Shown here: positions 20,355 to 30,492 of the stretch, piece after piece
Position numbering within the stretch: position 1 is the first letter of the stretch
Layout: each line of letters begins with the position of its first letter
From: Candidatus Latescibacterota bacterium
GTDB lineage: Bacteria > Latescibacterota > UBA2968 > UBA8231
Assembly (NCBI GenBank): GCA_965243025.1
Contig: CBDETY010000003.1
Span: 3,296,001 to 3,360,000 of the forward strand
DNA length: 64,000 bases
Direction: 5' to 3'
The notes under the pieces: model-generated
The model's input: the letters and a program-made list of their open reading frames with translations, nothing else
The model's database searches: none
What the model was told of the DNA's origin: nothing
Made by a program: the position numbers and the translations under genes

Positions 20355-20861
20355 CTATTCAGGCGAGGTGCGGCCGCGGACTTCGCGGAGGAACGAATCG
20401 AAAGCCCCGAGATCGCTCAGCACCGCCGGATGGGCATCGTCGAGAGTCGCAAGCAGGAAGTCGATGCGAGCCCAGTCGTACTCCATCTCGACGTAGTAGC
20501 GGCGGAAGTGGCGGAAACGGAGCAATTCACGGAGGCGGACGAGGTTGCGGTCCCCCACCACCTTCGTCCGTATCCCTTCGATCTCGAGGTTCATCATTTC
20601 CAGCAGGGCCGCATGCCACCGGTCCTGCGGCAGGTCGTTCTCGAAGTAACCCGATACCCGGACGAAAAAGGTCTCGAGGGCGGTATAGTAGGTTTCGAGG
20701 TAGCCGGCAACTACCAGAGCGCTGTCGTCAGTGCGGCCGATGCGCGACAGCGTCGTGTCCCGGGCATGGCCGAGCTTCGAGTAGATTGCCTCTACCCGTT
20801 TCCGTGCCTGTGCGAGCTCCGCGATCAGCTCGTCGATGCCGTGTTCAGGCCGGGTTTCCAT
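20355..20861 (-). CDS. HEPN-domain (HepT-like) toxin
   Basis: YTALETFFVRVSGYFEN, WHAALL, ELLRFRHFRRYY. Overlaps the MNT gene. Confidence 0.8.
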   Translation of the reverse strand: METRPEHGIDELIAELAQARKRVEAIYSKLGHARDTTLSRIGRTDDSALVVAGYLETYYTALETFFVRVSGYFENDLPQDRWHAALLEMMNLEIEGIRTKVVGDRNLVRLRELLRFRHFRRYYVEMEYDWARIDFLLATLDDAHPAVLSDLGAFDSFLREVRGRTSPE

Positions 20862-21228
20862 CTTCCCATGCCACTGCGCCGAAGCGCCGGATGAGGTCGG
20901 CCCTTCCCGGATCGAGGCGCTCCATGACGACGAGGTCGACGTGAAATTCGGTCATCGAATCCGCCAGCGAGCGGATTGCCGCGAGGGTTTTTTCGTCGCA
21001 GTTCATCCCCTCGAGGGCGATGTCGATGTCCGAGATTTCGGAGAAGCGTTCGGTATGGACGAGGGATCCCCACTGGTAAATGCGCAGGGGCCGGTACTCC
21101 GCGGCGATTGTGGAGATGATCCGGGCCGCGTCTCCCTGTGCCGACTGCAACCGCAGGCGAAGAGCTTCACGCCGCCGCTCGTGCCGGCTGACAACCCAGC
21201 GGGCGGCGGCGGCAGTATCGACAGCCAT
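20845..21228 (-). CDS. Minimal nucleotidyltransferase (MNT) antitoxin
   Basis: IYQWGSL...SDIDIAL...VDLV (GS-x-DxD motif). Confidence 0.88.
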   Translation of the reverse strand: MAVDTAAAARWVVSRHERRREALRLRLQSAQGDAARIISTIAAEYRPLRIYQWGSLVHTERFSEISDIDIALEGMNCDEKTLAAIRSLADSMTEFHVDLVVMERLDPGRADLIRRFGAVAWEDGNPA

Positions 21229-21383
21229 ATTCCCTCTCAGGTGAACTCGATTAGCATACCTTCTGTGAATCCTCTGTCAAGACGGGGAAGGCAACGCACT
21301 GGCCGGGCGGAGGGATCCCTCGAGGTTGGACCTGAGCCGGACTTCTGCAGCCGCTGCCCGCACACAAAACAAGGGACGACGCC

Positions 21384-23282
21384 ATGGCGAACGGCCTCTA
21401 CGACGTGATTACCGAACGCGACGTAATGGTGGAGATGCGCGACGGAGTGCGGCTCGCCACCGACCTCTACTTCCCCGCCCGCGGCGGGGAACCGCTTCCC
21501 GGCAGGTTCCCGGCGGTCTTCCACCGCACCCCCTACGACAAGAGCGACGTCGAGCGCACCGTCGGGTACGGCCGCTTCTTCGCGCAGCGCGGGTACGTCG
21601 CCGTGTACCAGGACTGCCGGGGGACGTTCGAGTCCGGGGGGGAGGTGAACTTCCTGCTGCCGGAGGCCGAGGACGGGTACGACGCCCTGCAGTGGATCGA
21701 CCGGCAGCCCTGGAGCGACGGCAAAGTGGGGTCGTGGGGGACCTCCTGGTCCGGCTGGACGCAGACGGCGATGGCGGCGCTGGGGCCGGCAAACCTCAAG
21801 GCGATGGTCGTCAACATGAGCGGCGCCGACGCCCACGAGTCCTCGGTGCGGCACGGGGGCGCCCTGGAGCTGCGCTTCCTCGCCTGGGCTTTCTGGCATT
21901 CGGCCGCCAACACGCAACGCGCCCTGAAGGCCGACCCGTCGGTCGACGCGGCCCTCAACATCGGCGCGCCCGGTTTCGCCGACTGGCTGACGCGGATGCC
22001 GCTGCGCGAGGGGCAGACCCAGCTCAGGCTGGTGCCCCCCTACGAGAAGTGGGCGCTGGACCTGCTGACCCGGGCCGACTACGACGACTACTGGAGGCAC
22101 CCCAGCTACGCCCCGGCCCTGTTCTGGGACGATTTCCCCGACGTGCCGACGCTGATCGTCGGCGGCTGGTACGATTCCTACACGCGCTCGACCTGCAGGA
22201 ATTTCGAGGGGCTGGCGGCGCGCAAGCAGGGGCCGGTGCGGATGCTCATGGGGCCGTGGACGCACGGGATCCACACCCTGGAGCAGAGCTTTTCCGGCGA
22301 CGTCGAGTTTGGCGAGGAGGCGGCGCTCGACGACTTCAGAAACCTGCACCTGCGCTACTTCGACCGGGCCCTCAAGGGGGTCGACAACGGCGAGGCCGAG
22401 GCGCCGCCGGTGCAGATCTTCGCCATGGGCGGCGGCGGCGGGCACCGCACCAGCAGCGGCCGGCTGTTCCACGGCGGCCGCTGGCGCGACGAAGCGGAGT
22501 GGCCGCTGGCGCGGACCAACTACACCAATTACTACCTGCACGGCGACGGCACCCTGTCGACGCGGGAGCCGGACGCCGGCGGCGGGGACACCGTCTACCG
22601 CTTCGACCCGGCCAACCCGGTCCCCTCCATCGGCGGCAACGTCTCCTCCCTTTCGGAGACCGGCCCGCTGCCGGCGGGCATCGGGGATTCCGCCAACGCG
22701 CCCTGGCGGGCGCGGGTGGAGCAGCTGATGGTGCCGGGCGGGTTCGACCAGGTGGAGGGACCGGAGTTCTACGGCTGCGAGCCGCCCTACCTGCCGCTGG
22801 GCTCGCGGCCGGACGTGCTGGTCTTCGCTACCGAGCCCCTCGCCGAAGACATGGAGGTGACCGGGCCGATCGAGGTGAAGCTGTGGGTCTCGTCGTCGGC
22901 CCCGGACACGGACTTCACCGCCAAGCTGATCGACTGGTACCCGCCGAGCCGGTGGTACCCGCACGGGTACGCGCTCAACCTGACCGACAGCATCGCCCGC
23001 CTGCGCTACCGCAACGGGCGCGAAAAGGGGGAGCTGCTGACCCCGGGAGAGACCGCCGGGCTGACGGTCACCCTGTACCCGACGAGCAACCTGTTCGCCG
23101 CCGGGCACCGGATCCGCCTCGACGTCTCCAGCTCGAACTTCCCCCGCTTCGACGTCAACCCCAACACCGGCGACCCGGTCGGCCGGGAGCGGCGGCGCCA
23201 GGGGGCGGACAACAGGGTCCACCACAACCGGGCGCAGCCGTCCCACGTGGTGCTGCCGGTCATTCCATCCGGTAAGGGATAA
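21384..23282 (+). CDS. CocE/NonD family serine hydrolase
   Basis: MRDGVRLATDLY, RTPY, QDCRG, nucleophile GTSWSG, GGWYD, MGPWTH, SSNFPRFDVNPNTG. Confidence 0.92.
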   Translation: MANGLYDVITERDVMVEMRDGVRLATDLYFPARGGEPLPGRFPAVFHRTPYDKSDVERTVGYGRFFAQRGYVAVYQDCRGTFESGGEVNFLLPEAEDGYDALQWIDRQPWSDGKVGSWGTSWSGWTQTAMAALGPANLKAMVVNMSGADAHESSVRHGGALELRFLAWAFWHSAANTQRALKADPSVDAALNIGAPGFADWLTRMPLREGQTQLRLVPPYEKWALDLLTRADYDDYWRHPSYAPALFWDDFPDVPTLIVGGWYDSYTRSTCRNFEGLAARKQGPVRMLMGPWTHGIHTLEQSFSGDVEFGEEAALDDFRNLHLRYFDRALKGVDNGEAEAPPVQIFAMGGGGGHRTSSGRLFHGGRWRDEAEWPLARTNYTNYYLHGDGTLSTREPDAGGGDTVYRFDPANPVPSIGGNVSSLSETGPLPAGIGDSANAPWRARVEQLMVPGGFDQVEGPEFYGCEPPYLPLGSRPDVLVFATEPLAEDMEVTGPIEVKLWVSSSAPDTDFTAKLIDWYPPSRWYPHGYALNLTDSIARLRYRNGREKGELLTPGETAGLTVTLYPTSNLFAAGHRIRLDVSSSNFPRFDVNPNTGDPVGRERRRQGADNRVHHNRAQPSHVVLPVIPSGKG

Positions 23283-23348
23283 CCGCTCCTGCCCGGTCCG
23301 GCGGCGGTCCCGGGGGACGCCTGAAACCCGCAGCTGCCGGTGGAGGCA

Positions 23349-24119
23349 TTACAACACGACGTCGTTCCCGCTGCCTGCCCGCTCGAGACAGTGGTCGATC
23401 ACGTAGCGGTACTTGGAGTATCCGCGCTGGACAAGGGAGAAACGCTTGATGAGGTCCAGCGCCCAGAAAGGCACCAGGGATTCGGTCTTGATCTCCAGTA
23501 CGACGGGAGACTCCTCCCACCGCGCGGTGACCGCGTCGTCGTAGTAGCTCATCTCCTCGTCATGTCCGGACAGGTCGTACGAACCGCGCATCAGACGGTA
23601 GCGCATGCCGCGGTCGAAGGTGATGCGTCCGTACGCGTCCACCTCGCTGACGAACGGCTCGCGGCGGTAGCGAAGGTGGAGCACCGGTTCGGTGCCGTAG
23701 AGGTGATGGACCTCGGCAAAGGACTGCGGCAGGGCGGCGTACGCCGGCGAGGTGCGTTCGCTCCTGGAGACGTCGAGCACCCCGGGCCAGTCCGCCATGG
23801 CGATTCTGTCGCGGACCTTCCAGACGGTGCGGTCGTGCCGGTACTTGACCTCGAGGGTGGCGGACCCGGCCTCCCCGGTGCCGTAGTAACGGACTCTCGG
23901 TTTGAACCGCAGCAGCTGGCGAAGCCTGGTGTCGTGGTAGAAGCGCAGCCCGGGGGTATCCATGTACACGCTGTTGACCGTGTAGGTTCCCTGCTCCCCG
24001 GGAACGTTGGGGTCGAGTGAAAACAGCGGCTGGATGTAATCGCGGATTTCGGCCGCCTGCGGCTCGGTCACCGCGTACTTCATCTCGTAGCGGTGGATCG
24101 CGGGCAGCTCAACCGCCAT
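23349..24119 (-). CDS. VTC-domain (CYTH-like polyphosphate polymerase) protein
   Basis: RYEMKY, SVYMDTPGLRFY, KPRVRYY, LEVK, YRREPF, RITFD, VLEIK, SKY. The start overlaps the TolC stop. Confidence 0.88.
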   Translation of the reverse strand: MAVELPAIHRYEMKYAVTEPQAAEIRDYIQPLFSLDPNVPGEQGTYTVNSVYMDTPGLRFYHDTRLRQLLRFKPRVRYYGTGEAGSATLEVKYRHDRTVWKVRDRIAMADWPGVLDVSRSERTSPAYAALPQSFAEVHHLYGTEPVLHLRYRREPFVSEVDAYGRITFDRGMRYRLMRGSYDLSGHDEEMSYYDDAVTARWEESPVVLEIKTESLVPFWALDLIKRFSLVQRGYSKYRYVIDHCLERAGSGNDVVL

Positions 24120-25422
24120 CGCCGGCCCCCTCCTCCCGCAGGACCCCCGGATCCTCGATGCCCAGCTCGTAGTACAGGAAGTAGAGCGCGTGCGCCAGGC
24201 CGCGCCGGCTCTCGGCGATGGCGACCCGCGCATCCATGATCGTGCGCTCCAGCTCGAGGATCTCGTCGGCCGGCACGGTGGGAAAATCCCTTGCCTCGGC
24301 GATCACCTGCGACGAGCCCTCGATGACGGCCTCCCCCTCCCGCAGAGTCAGGTCGCGGGCGAGCAATGCCTCGGTGTACCCGGACAGCGTCTCGCGGACC
24401 TCGTCGGCGACGCGCTCGCGAACCGCCATGAGCTCGAGCTCGCTTCCCGACACGGCAAGGGAAAGGCCGGCCAGGTTGCCGGCATTGCGGTTGAACAGGG
24501 GGAGCTCGAGGCCGAACCTCAGCTCATACCAGTCGTCGTCGGACCGCTCGAAGTGCCGCGATGCCTCCAGGAAGGAGAACTGCGGCATCATCCGCCAGCT
24601 CTCGCGGTCCCGCCTCTGGAGGGCGAGTTTCCGCTCCTCTTCAGCCAGCCGAAGCTCCGGGCGGTTGGCCCAGGCGAGCTCGAGGAGGCGCTCTTCGTCC
24701 AGGGAGACCCGGGGCAGCGGCTCGGGAATCACCCGGATCTCCCCGGAAATCCCGGTGAGCCGCCCCAACCTGCGCTCTTCCTCCCGCAGTGCGTTCAGGC
24801 TGAGCAGGTGTCCCTGCCGCGCCTCGACGACGGCCATCCTCGCCTTGGTGAGATAGACGATCGATCTGCGGCCGACATCGACCATGGTCTCGATCTGGGA
24901 GATGCGCAGATTCTCGTTCTCGACCCGCATGGCGGCGATGCGGACCAGCTCCCCGTACATGGCGACGTCGGCGCAGGATCGGCGCACCCGGGAGGCCAGC
25001 CAGTGCCGCTCGCGCACCGCCTCGGTCTTGCGTCTCCACCAGGCCACCTGCTCCCGCTGCCGCCGCACTCCCGCCTCTCCGAGAAAGGGAGGACGCCAGC
25101 GGATTCCGACCTCGACCTCCCCCACCCGGGAGTTCCTGCGCCTGAAGGTCGAGTTGCGGACCCGCAGTTCCGGATTGTCGATCCAGTCCAGGGAGCGTAC
25201 CCGGTGGGAGCGGACTCCGGCCTCCGTCTCGAGGGAACCGAGCCGCGGGTTGTTGCTCAATCCCCGGGCGACCGTTTCCTCGACGGTCAGGGCAAGCCCT
25301 GCCTCGCCGGCGGCGTCGTGAACGTCAGGGGCTTCGCCGGTGAGATCGGCCGTGGCGGCCGCCGAACAGGGAATCGCAACGAAAGGGGCCAGCAGCGCGA
25401 GAAACCGGCCGCCTGCCCTCAT
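24109..25422 (-). CDS. TolC-family outer-membrane efflux protein
   Basis: Signal peptide; LTVEETVARGLSNNPRL; LELAWANRPEL; GLELPLFNRNAG. Confidence 0.85.
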   Translation of the reverse strand: MRAGGRFLALLAPFVAIPCSAAATADLTGEAPDVHDAAGEAGLALTVEETVARGLSNNPRLGSLETEAGVRSHRVRSLDWIDNPELRVRNSTFRRRNSRVGEVEVGIRWRPPFLGEAGVRRQREQVAWWRRKTEAVRERHWLASRVRRSCADVAMYGELVRIAAMRVENENLRISQIETMVDVGRRSIVYLTKARMAVVEARQGHLLSLNALREEERRLGRLTGISGEIRVIPEPLPRVSLDEERLLELAWANRPELRLAEEERKLALQRRDRESWRMMPQFSFLEASRHFERSDDDWYELRFGLELPLFNRNAGNLAGLSLAVSGSELELMAVRERVADEVRETLSGYTEALLARDLTLREGEAVIEGSSQVIAEARDFPTVPADEILELERTIMDARVAIAESRRGLAHALYFLYYELGIEDPGVLREEGAGDGG

Positions 25423-26510
25423 GGCCCCGGACTCCTGGCTTCCGGGGCGCCTTCTTCGGCGAGGGCCGCCCGCGGCGAGGACGGCCGATCGACGACACGC
25501 ACGCGCACGGACTCACCGGGCAGCAGGAGGTGACCGGGCTCGAGGAGGACGCGGGCCTTCCTCGCCCACGACATCTGCCCGCGCAGCCACAGTCTTTCCG
25601 GCAGCGGGGAATACCCAGGGTGCACGAAGTCGATCCTCCCCGTCGCGTCGAACTCGCTCGACCGCCTCGACATCACTTCCACTCCCTGTCCGACGGCCAG
25701 CTGCAGGTCCTGCGTCTCGGGGACGTACACCTCGACCGCTGAGGCGTCGGTGCTCTCCACGGCAACGATGGGCACGAAGGCATCGACCGTACTCCCCTGC
25801 AGGGCGAGGATCTCGGAGACCGAACCGGAACAGGGCGACCTGACCGTCCTGTACTCGACCCGCTGATCGATCAGGGTAAGCGACTGGCGGACCTCGTGTA
25901 TGCGCTGCACGCGGTCGCCGAGAAGCGAAATCATGATGCTGTCGCCGTAGGCGCTCGAATCCCCGGCCCCGAGCTTGAGCACGTCGGGCCGGATGAGCGC
26001 GGACTGCTCGGCTACCGACTGCGCCAGGGCATCGCGGCGGATGGTCATGCGGGTCAGGTCGCGATCGTGCCCGAGGCCGGCTTCCTCCGCCGCGACAAGG
26101 GCGTCGATTTCCCGGCCGAGGGCCGCCAGCTCCGCCTCCTCGGCCTGCACTGCGGCGTACTGCTCGGAAACGCGCAGCCGCAACAGGTCGTACTCGACGC
26201 TGTATCGACGCCGGTCGGCCGCCGCTATCGACTCGAGGGCCGCCAGCTCTTCTTTGCGCAGCCGCTTTTCCGCCAGCAGGTCGGAAACGTCGAGGCGGAC
26301 CAGGACCTGGCCGGCGGAAACCCTCTCCCCTACCGCGGCGTTCACCTCCTCGACGGTACCCCCCTCGCGGGCGCCCACCGACCGCACCGTCGACACCACC
26401 GTTCCGAGCAGGTACGGATCCGCCCGCCACTCCCGGTAGCCGTAGACGGCGGTGAGCACGGCCGCAATCCACAGGCCGCGGAAGGCGTTCTTCTTCAGCC
26501 AGCGCTTCAT
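25419..26510 (-). CDS. HlyD-family membrane fusion protein
   Basis: N-terminal TM; GGTVEEVNAAVGERVSAGQVLVRLD; coiled coil; TVRSPCSGSV; LLPGESVRVRV. Confidence 0.88.
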   Translation of the reverse strand: MKRWLKKNAFRGLWIAAVLTAVYGYREWRADPYLLGTVVSTVRSVGAREGGTVEEVNAAVGERVSAGQVLVRLDVSDLLAEKRLRKEELAALESIAAADRRRYSVEYDLLRLRVSEQYAAVQAEEAELAALGREIDALVAAEEAGLGHDRDLTRMTIRRDALAQSVAEQSALIRPDVLKLGAGDSSAYGDSIMISLLGDRVQRIHEVRQSLTLIDQRVEYRTVRSPCSGSVSEILALQGSTVDAFVPIVAVESTDASAVEVYVPETQDLQLAVGQGVEVMSRRSSEFDATGRIDFVHPGYSPLPERLWLRGQMSWARKARVLLEPGHLLLPGESVRVRVVDRPSSPRAALAEEGAPEARSPGP

Positions 26511-26513
26511 CGA

Positions 26514-27194
26514 CTACACCTCTACAGCAGAGGAGTGGTTCATGAAGGTGAGCCCGCGAATGCCTTCGATCTGTCCGAGGGCCTCGATCAGCCGGGTCGA
26601 GTCCCCTTCGTCGGCGAGCTTCACCTGGTAGGTGCAGTCGACCAGATCGCCCTGGGCGACGTCGCGCATGGTGACCAGGCCGAAGGTCCTGGGCACCTCC
26701 TGCAGGATCCGGGCAACCTGGGCGGCGAAGGCCGGCCCCGACGGTACCTGGAAGCGCACGAGTCCATCGTATTTCATGCGCGTGCCGAACAGGGAGGCGT
26801 GCATGACCACGGCGATGGTGCAGAACAGGGCGGTCGCGAAGGCGGCGGCGGTGTAGCTCTGCACGCCGCAGGCTACCCCGGCCCCGAGCGCGGCGAACAG
26901 GAACACCAGGTCGCGCGGATCGCGCAGGTTGGTGCGGAAGCGGATGATCGCCAGCGACCCGACGATGCCGATGCCCCTGGCGACGTTGTCGCCGATCGCG
27001 ATCATCAGCAGGCAGGTGATGATGCTGCCGAGCACCATGGTCTGCATCAGACCGCGCGACCAGGAAAGGCCCTGGAACGTCCACTCGTACACCAGTGCGA
27101 TAATGCTCGAAAGGCAGAAGGCGGATACGAGAGAGAGAAGGACCATGTTCCAGTGGAGCTTGATCGTCCCGAAATCGAGCAACAGGCTGTCCAT
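26514..27194 (-). CDS. DUF4956 family membrane protein
   Basis: IGDNVARGIGIVGSLAIIRFRTNLRDPRDLVFLFAALGAGVACG, then an ACT-like C-terminus. Confidence 0.88.
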   Translation of the reverse strand: MDSLLLDFGTIKLHWNMVLLSLVSAFCLSSIIALVYEWTFQGLSWSRGLMQTMVLGSIITCLLMIAIGDNVARGIGIVGSLAIIRFRTNLRDPRDLVFLFAALGAGVACGVQSYTAAAFATALFCTIAVVMHASLFGTRMKYDGLVRFQVPSGPAFAAQVARILQEVPRTFGLVTMRDVAQGDLVDCTYQVKLADEGDSTRLIEALGQIEGIRGLTFMNHSSAVEV

Positions 27195-27437
27195 CAGACA
27201 CTGACTCCCGAAAGACCTTCAACAGGTGAGGTGGAGAGGAAGGGAAAAACGCGGCCGAAAGGGGCCATGAAATTCGTCCCCGGACTGTTCAGGCTCAAGG
27301 GTTTCGCCCGGTTCGGGAATGTCCCGGGCGGGGCTTCCGGCTTTGCCCCGGCCCGGCGTCGGGCGACAGACCGCCGGGAAGTGGACCCTTGACCGTTTCG
27401 CTGCCTCTGGAGCTTTTAAAGCGGTTCGGCCTTCAGG

Positions 27438-30400
27438 TCACCGTTTGCGCGCGACCTTCGACATTTTCCTGGTCACCGGGAACCCGTTGACCGTGATGCG
27501 GCACAGGTAGACGCCCGAGGCGACCTCGTGTCCGGCTGCGGAGCGGCCGTCCCAGACCAGCGAGTGCTCGGCCGCCTCCATGATCTCGTCCTCGGCAATC
27601 GTCGCCACGCGGGCTCCCAGCAGGTTGAACACTCGAACGGTCACGTTGGAAGTTCTCGACAGGCTCAGGAACACCGTGGCGCGGGTGGAAAAGGGATTCG
27701 GATAGCTGACGGCCCTCACCCCCGGGTTCGATGCGGAGCGGGTGCCCGGAGCATTCCACGCTCCCGGGGTCCCTCCGTCGGGTGAGGCGTACCAGTTTTC
27801 GTGGCGGGAGTTGTCGGCCGTGGGCTCGATCAGGGCCAGGGTGAAGCCGGTTCCGTTCGGCTCGGTCGGCCAGGGAGGGCGCTCGTCGTACACCACCGAA
27901 TCGACCACCCGCTCCGAGCCGGTCAGAAGAGTGACGCGCTCCCCGCGGCTGCTCAGGCCGAAGGGAAAGTCTCCGAGACAGCCATCGGTCTCCGGATAGA
28001 CACTTCTGAAATCGGTGCTGTCGCGGCACAGCACGGCGTAGCCGCCGGCTTCGAGAAGGAGACCGGGGGGCAGCACGAAGTCGGGCGAGTCCCCCGCATC
28101 GCGAAAACGCCAGCCTCCGATCCCGACGGGGGCGGGGCCGTGGTTGTGAAGCTCGACCCAGTCCCCTGAGTCGAAAGCCTCGCCCGAGTTGTAGTTGATC
28201 TCGTTGATCACGACCGGCGGCTGTTCGGGTGCAACCGGTTCCTGTCCGGACGATGCGAACCGGGCGGCGATCCGGTAGTTCCCCTCGATGGCAATCCTGG
28301 CGCGGGAGGTTTCCGAGACCGGATCCGACCAGGTGTCGAACTCGAACCCCGGTGCCGGCACCGCCGCCAGATCGACGGGCACCCCGTTGAAGTAGAGACC
28401 CGACGAGCGGGAATCCGTCACCGGTACGGTGTTTACATGGATCGCACCCGCTCCCTCGGGCTCGACCTCGAGCGCAAGCGTGGACCGGCCCCCGAGGGAA
28501 AATTTGGTCTGCAGGTGACCCCATACGTGACCAGCCCTCACCCGCGCGAAGGCCCGCATCACCTCGAGATTGGCATCCCACTCCTCTGTCGAAGCGAACG
28601 CATCGCCGTAGAAAGGGGAAGGGTAGGGGGCCCACCGTTCGGAATGGCGGGGTATTTCATCGGCTACGGCGTTCCTCATGCTGTCGATCACGGCCTCGAC
28701 CCGGGCCCTTTCGAAAGTGGTGTTCAGGTGGCTGGCGAACCGTTGAATGAAGTCGTGCCTGACCTCCTCGATCTCGAGCAGCGTTTGCATGAGAAGCGTC
28801 GCCCAGGGCGGATTCGGCCAGCCCCGGCCGGGAGTGGTCGCCAGCGCCACCATGTCGAGCTCGGGAGGGCTGGGGTTCAGGGCCAGGGGCAGGTTGAACC
28901 CGTAGTCCAGGTCGAAGAGAATCCAGCGCCAGCGGCCCCCGGGGCTGCGGGGACGCCAGAACTCCCAGTTGTTGCCGGGCCAGTCGGTATTCGCCACGTA
29001 CATTTCGGCAATCTGGTAGTTGAGGAATTCGTCGAGATCCATGCGGGCCCGTACCTCCTCGATGGCCCCGGCCTCCTCCAGATCCCTGCTCTCGAGGAAC
29101 CTCAGAAGAGACCGATAATGTTCGGCGTCTCCCGTCCTCGCCTCCGAATTGTTGACGAGGTAATCGATTTCGTCCGGTTCGAACCCGTGGTTGTCGGTTA
29201 CGTAGTCGACTGAAATGCGCTCCCGCATGTTGTGGATGCCCCAGTACCGGCCATTGAGAAAAAGAACGGCAGGCCTGTGGGCCTGGTAGTCGATGTCCAT
29301 GCGATCCTTGACCAGGGCCTGCATGATCGCGTCGCGGAGGAGCGTGTAGGTCCAGTCGTTTCCCGAGTTGCGCAGGATGAAACCCTTGTATCGACTCAAC
29401 GGCTTGTCGGGAAAGAGGGGGTAGTATATGGCCTCGTTGCCGTATCCCCGGCGGGCGCGTACGGCGATCGACTTCTGCGGCTGGTTGCGGGACCAGCCGC
29501 CGTGAATCTGCACGCCCACGTCCTGGGAGAATTCCAGACCGCCCCCGGAATCGAAAAACTCGATATGGGCGGGGCGTTCCCAGTCGCGGGTGAAGTTCCT
29601 GCGATCCCCCTCGACATAGATCCCCAGCCTGTCGCTCCAGAGATGTTCCGGGTCGACGGCCAGCGAAACGGCCGGCAGGCTGACCTCGTCGTCGACAAAG
29701 TAGGTGCGAGTCACCACGTCGCTGGGGAGAAGCCCTTTGGCGACCGCGACCGATCTCAAGACCGTCGTGGTTTCGACGCGGACCCCGATCCCGCCGTAAC
29801 GCCTCTTCCCCGTCGGGATGCTGCCCTCGGTAGAGAAGTAGATGCGGGTTTCGGGATCGGGGTGGCTCAAGGTAACGGTGAACGGATGGCCGTAGCGGCC
29901 GCTCTCGTGCGAGAAAGCTGGAGCCTGCGAATGGTCGCGCTTTCCCTGCGCAGCGTTCTTCCTCCCCGGGGAGGGCTCGTCCACGAGGGACCAGGCTTCT
30001 CCGTCCGGCACCCGAGCCCAGGAAACGTCGGGCCGCAGGGGGCCGAATGTCACCGAATCGACGAGCGTGGCGCCGTCGGAAGCGAACAACCCCAGCTGCT
30101 CCCCGTTCGAAGAGAGCCCGAAATTCAAATGGAACCCCGGCTGGTCGCGGTCTCCGTCCGCCCACAGCAGGAGGTATCCGCCGGCGGGGATCGTGGTGGC
30201 CCTGCGGTCATCGGTGGGAAACTGGAAGGCCCCCGGATCGGCGAGGTCGTCGGTGATGAACATGCCGCCGATGTTCACGGCGCGGCCCCCGGCATTGTGC
30301 AGCTCTATCCAGTCGTCGAACTGGCCGTACCGGTCCGGGCAGCAGGACTGGTTGTTCGACATCAGTTCGTTGATCAGCAGCCGCTCGGCAAAAAGCGAAC

Positions 30401-30476
30401 GGGGCAGACTGAAGCAGCCGGCCAGCAGGGCGAGCAGGGGGATGGCCTTTCGGAAGAAGGCCGGGGCCGGAAACAA
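27438..30476 (-). CDS. Secreted CotH-kinase family protein with lamin-tail domains and a FlgD/T9SS-like C-terminus
   Basis: INELM...DWIELHN at both ends; YWGIHNMRE; NTDWPGNN; WRWILFDLD; YPNPF...WDGRSAAGHEVASGVY. Confidence 0.88.
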   Translation of the reverse strand: MFPAPAFFRKAIPLLALLAGCFSLPRSLFAERLLINELMSNNQSCCPDRYGQFDDWIELHNAGGRAVNIGGMFITDDLADPGAFQFPTDDRRATTIPAGGYLLLWADGDRDQPGFHLNFGLSSNGEQLGLFASDGATLVDSVTFGPLRPDVSWARVPDGEAWSLVDEPSPGRKNAAQGKRDHSQAPAFSHESGRYGHPFTVTLSHPDPETRIYFSTEGSIPTGKRRYGGIGVRVETTTVLRSVAVAKGLLPSDVVTRTYFVDDEVSLPAVSLAVDPEHLWSDRLGIYVEGDRRNFTRDWERPAHIEFFDSGGGLEFSQDVGVQIHGGWSRNQPQKSIAVRARRGYGNEAIYYPLFPDKPLSRYKGFILRNSGNDWTYTLLRDAIMQALVKDRMDIDYQAHRPAVLFLNGRYWGIHNMRERISVDYVTDNHGFEPDEIDYLVNNSEARTGDAEHYRSLLRFLESRDLEEAGAIEEVRARMDLDEFLNYQIAEMYVANTDWPGNNWEFWRPRSPGGRWRWILFDLDYGFNLPLALNPSPPELDMVALATTPGRGWPNPPWATLLMQTLLEIEEVRHDFIQRFASHLNTTFERARVEAVIDSMRNAVADEIPRHSERWAPYPSPFYGDAFASTEEWDANLEVMRAFARVRAGHVWGHLQTKFSLGGRSTLALEVEPEGAGAIHVNTVPVTDSRSSGLYFNGVPVDLAAVPAPGFEFDTWSDPVSETSRARIAIEGNYRIAARFASSGQEPVAPEQPPVVINEINYNSGEAFDSGDWVELHNHGPAPVGIGGWRFRDAGDSPDFVLPPGLLLEAGGYAVLCRDSTDFRSVYPETDGCLGDFPFGLSSRGERVTLLTGSERVVDSVVYDERPPWPTEPNGTGFTLALIEPTADNSRHENWYASPDGGTPGAWNAPGTRSASNPGVRAVSYPNPFSTRATVFLSLSRTSNVTVRVFNLLGARVATIAEDEIMEAAEHSLVWDGRSAAGHEVASGVYLCRITVNGFPVTRKMSKVARKR

Positions 30477-30492
30477 GGACCGCCCGAAGCCC

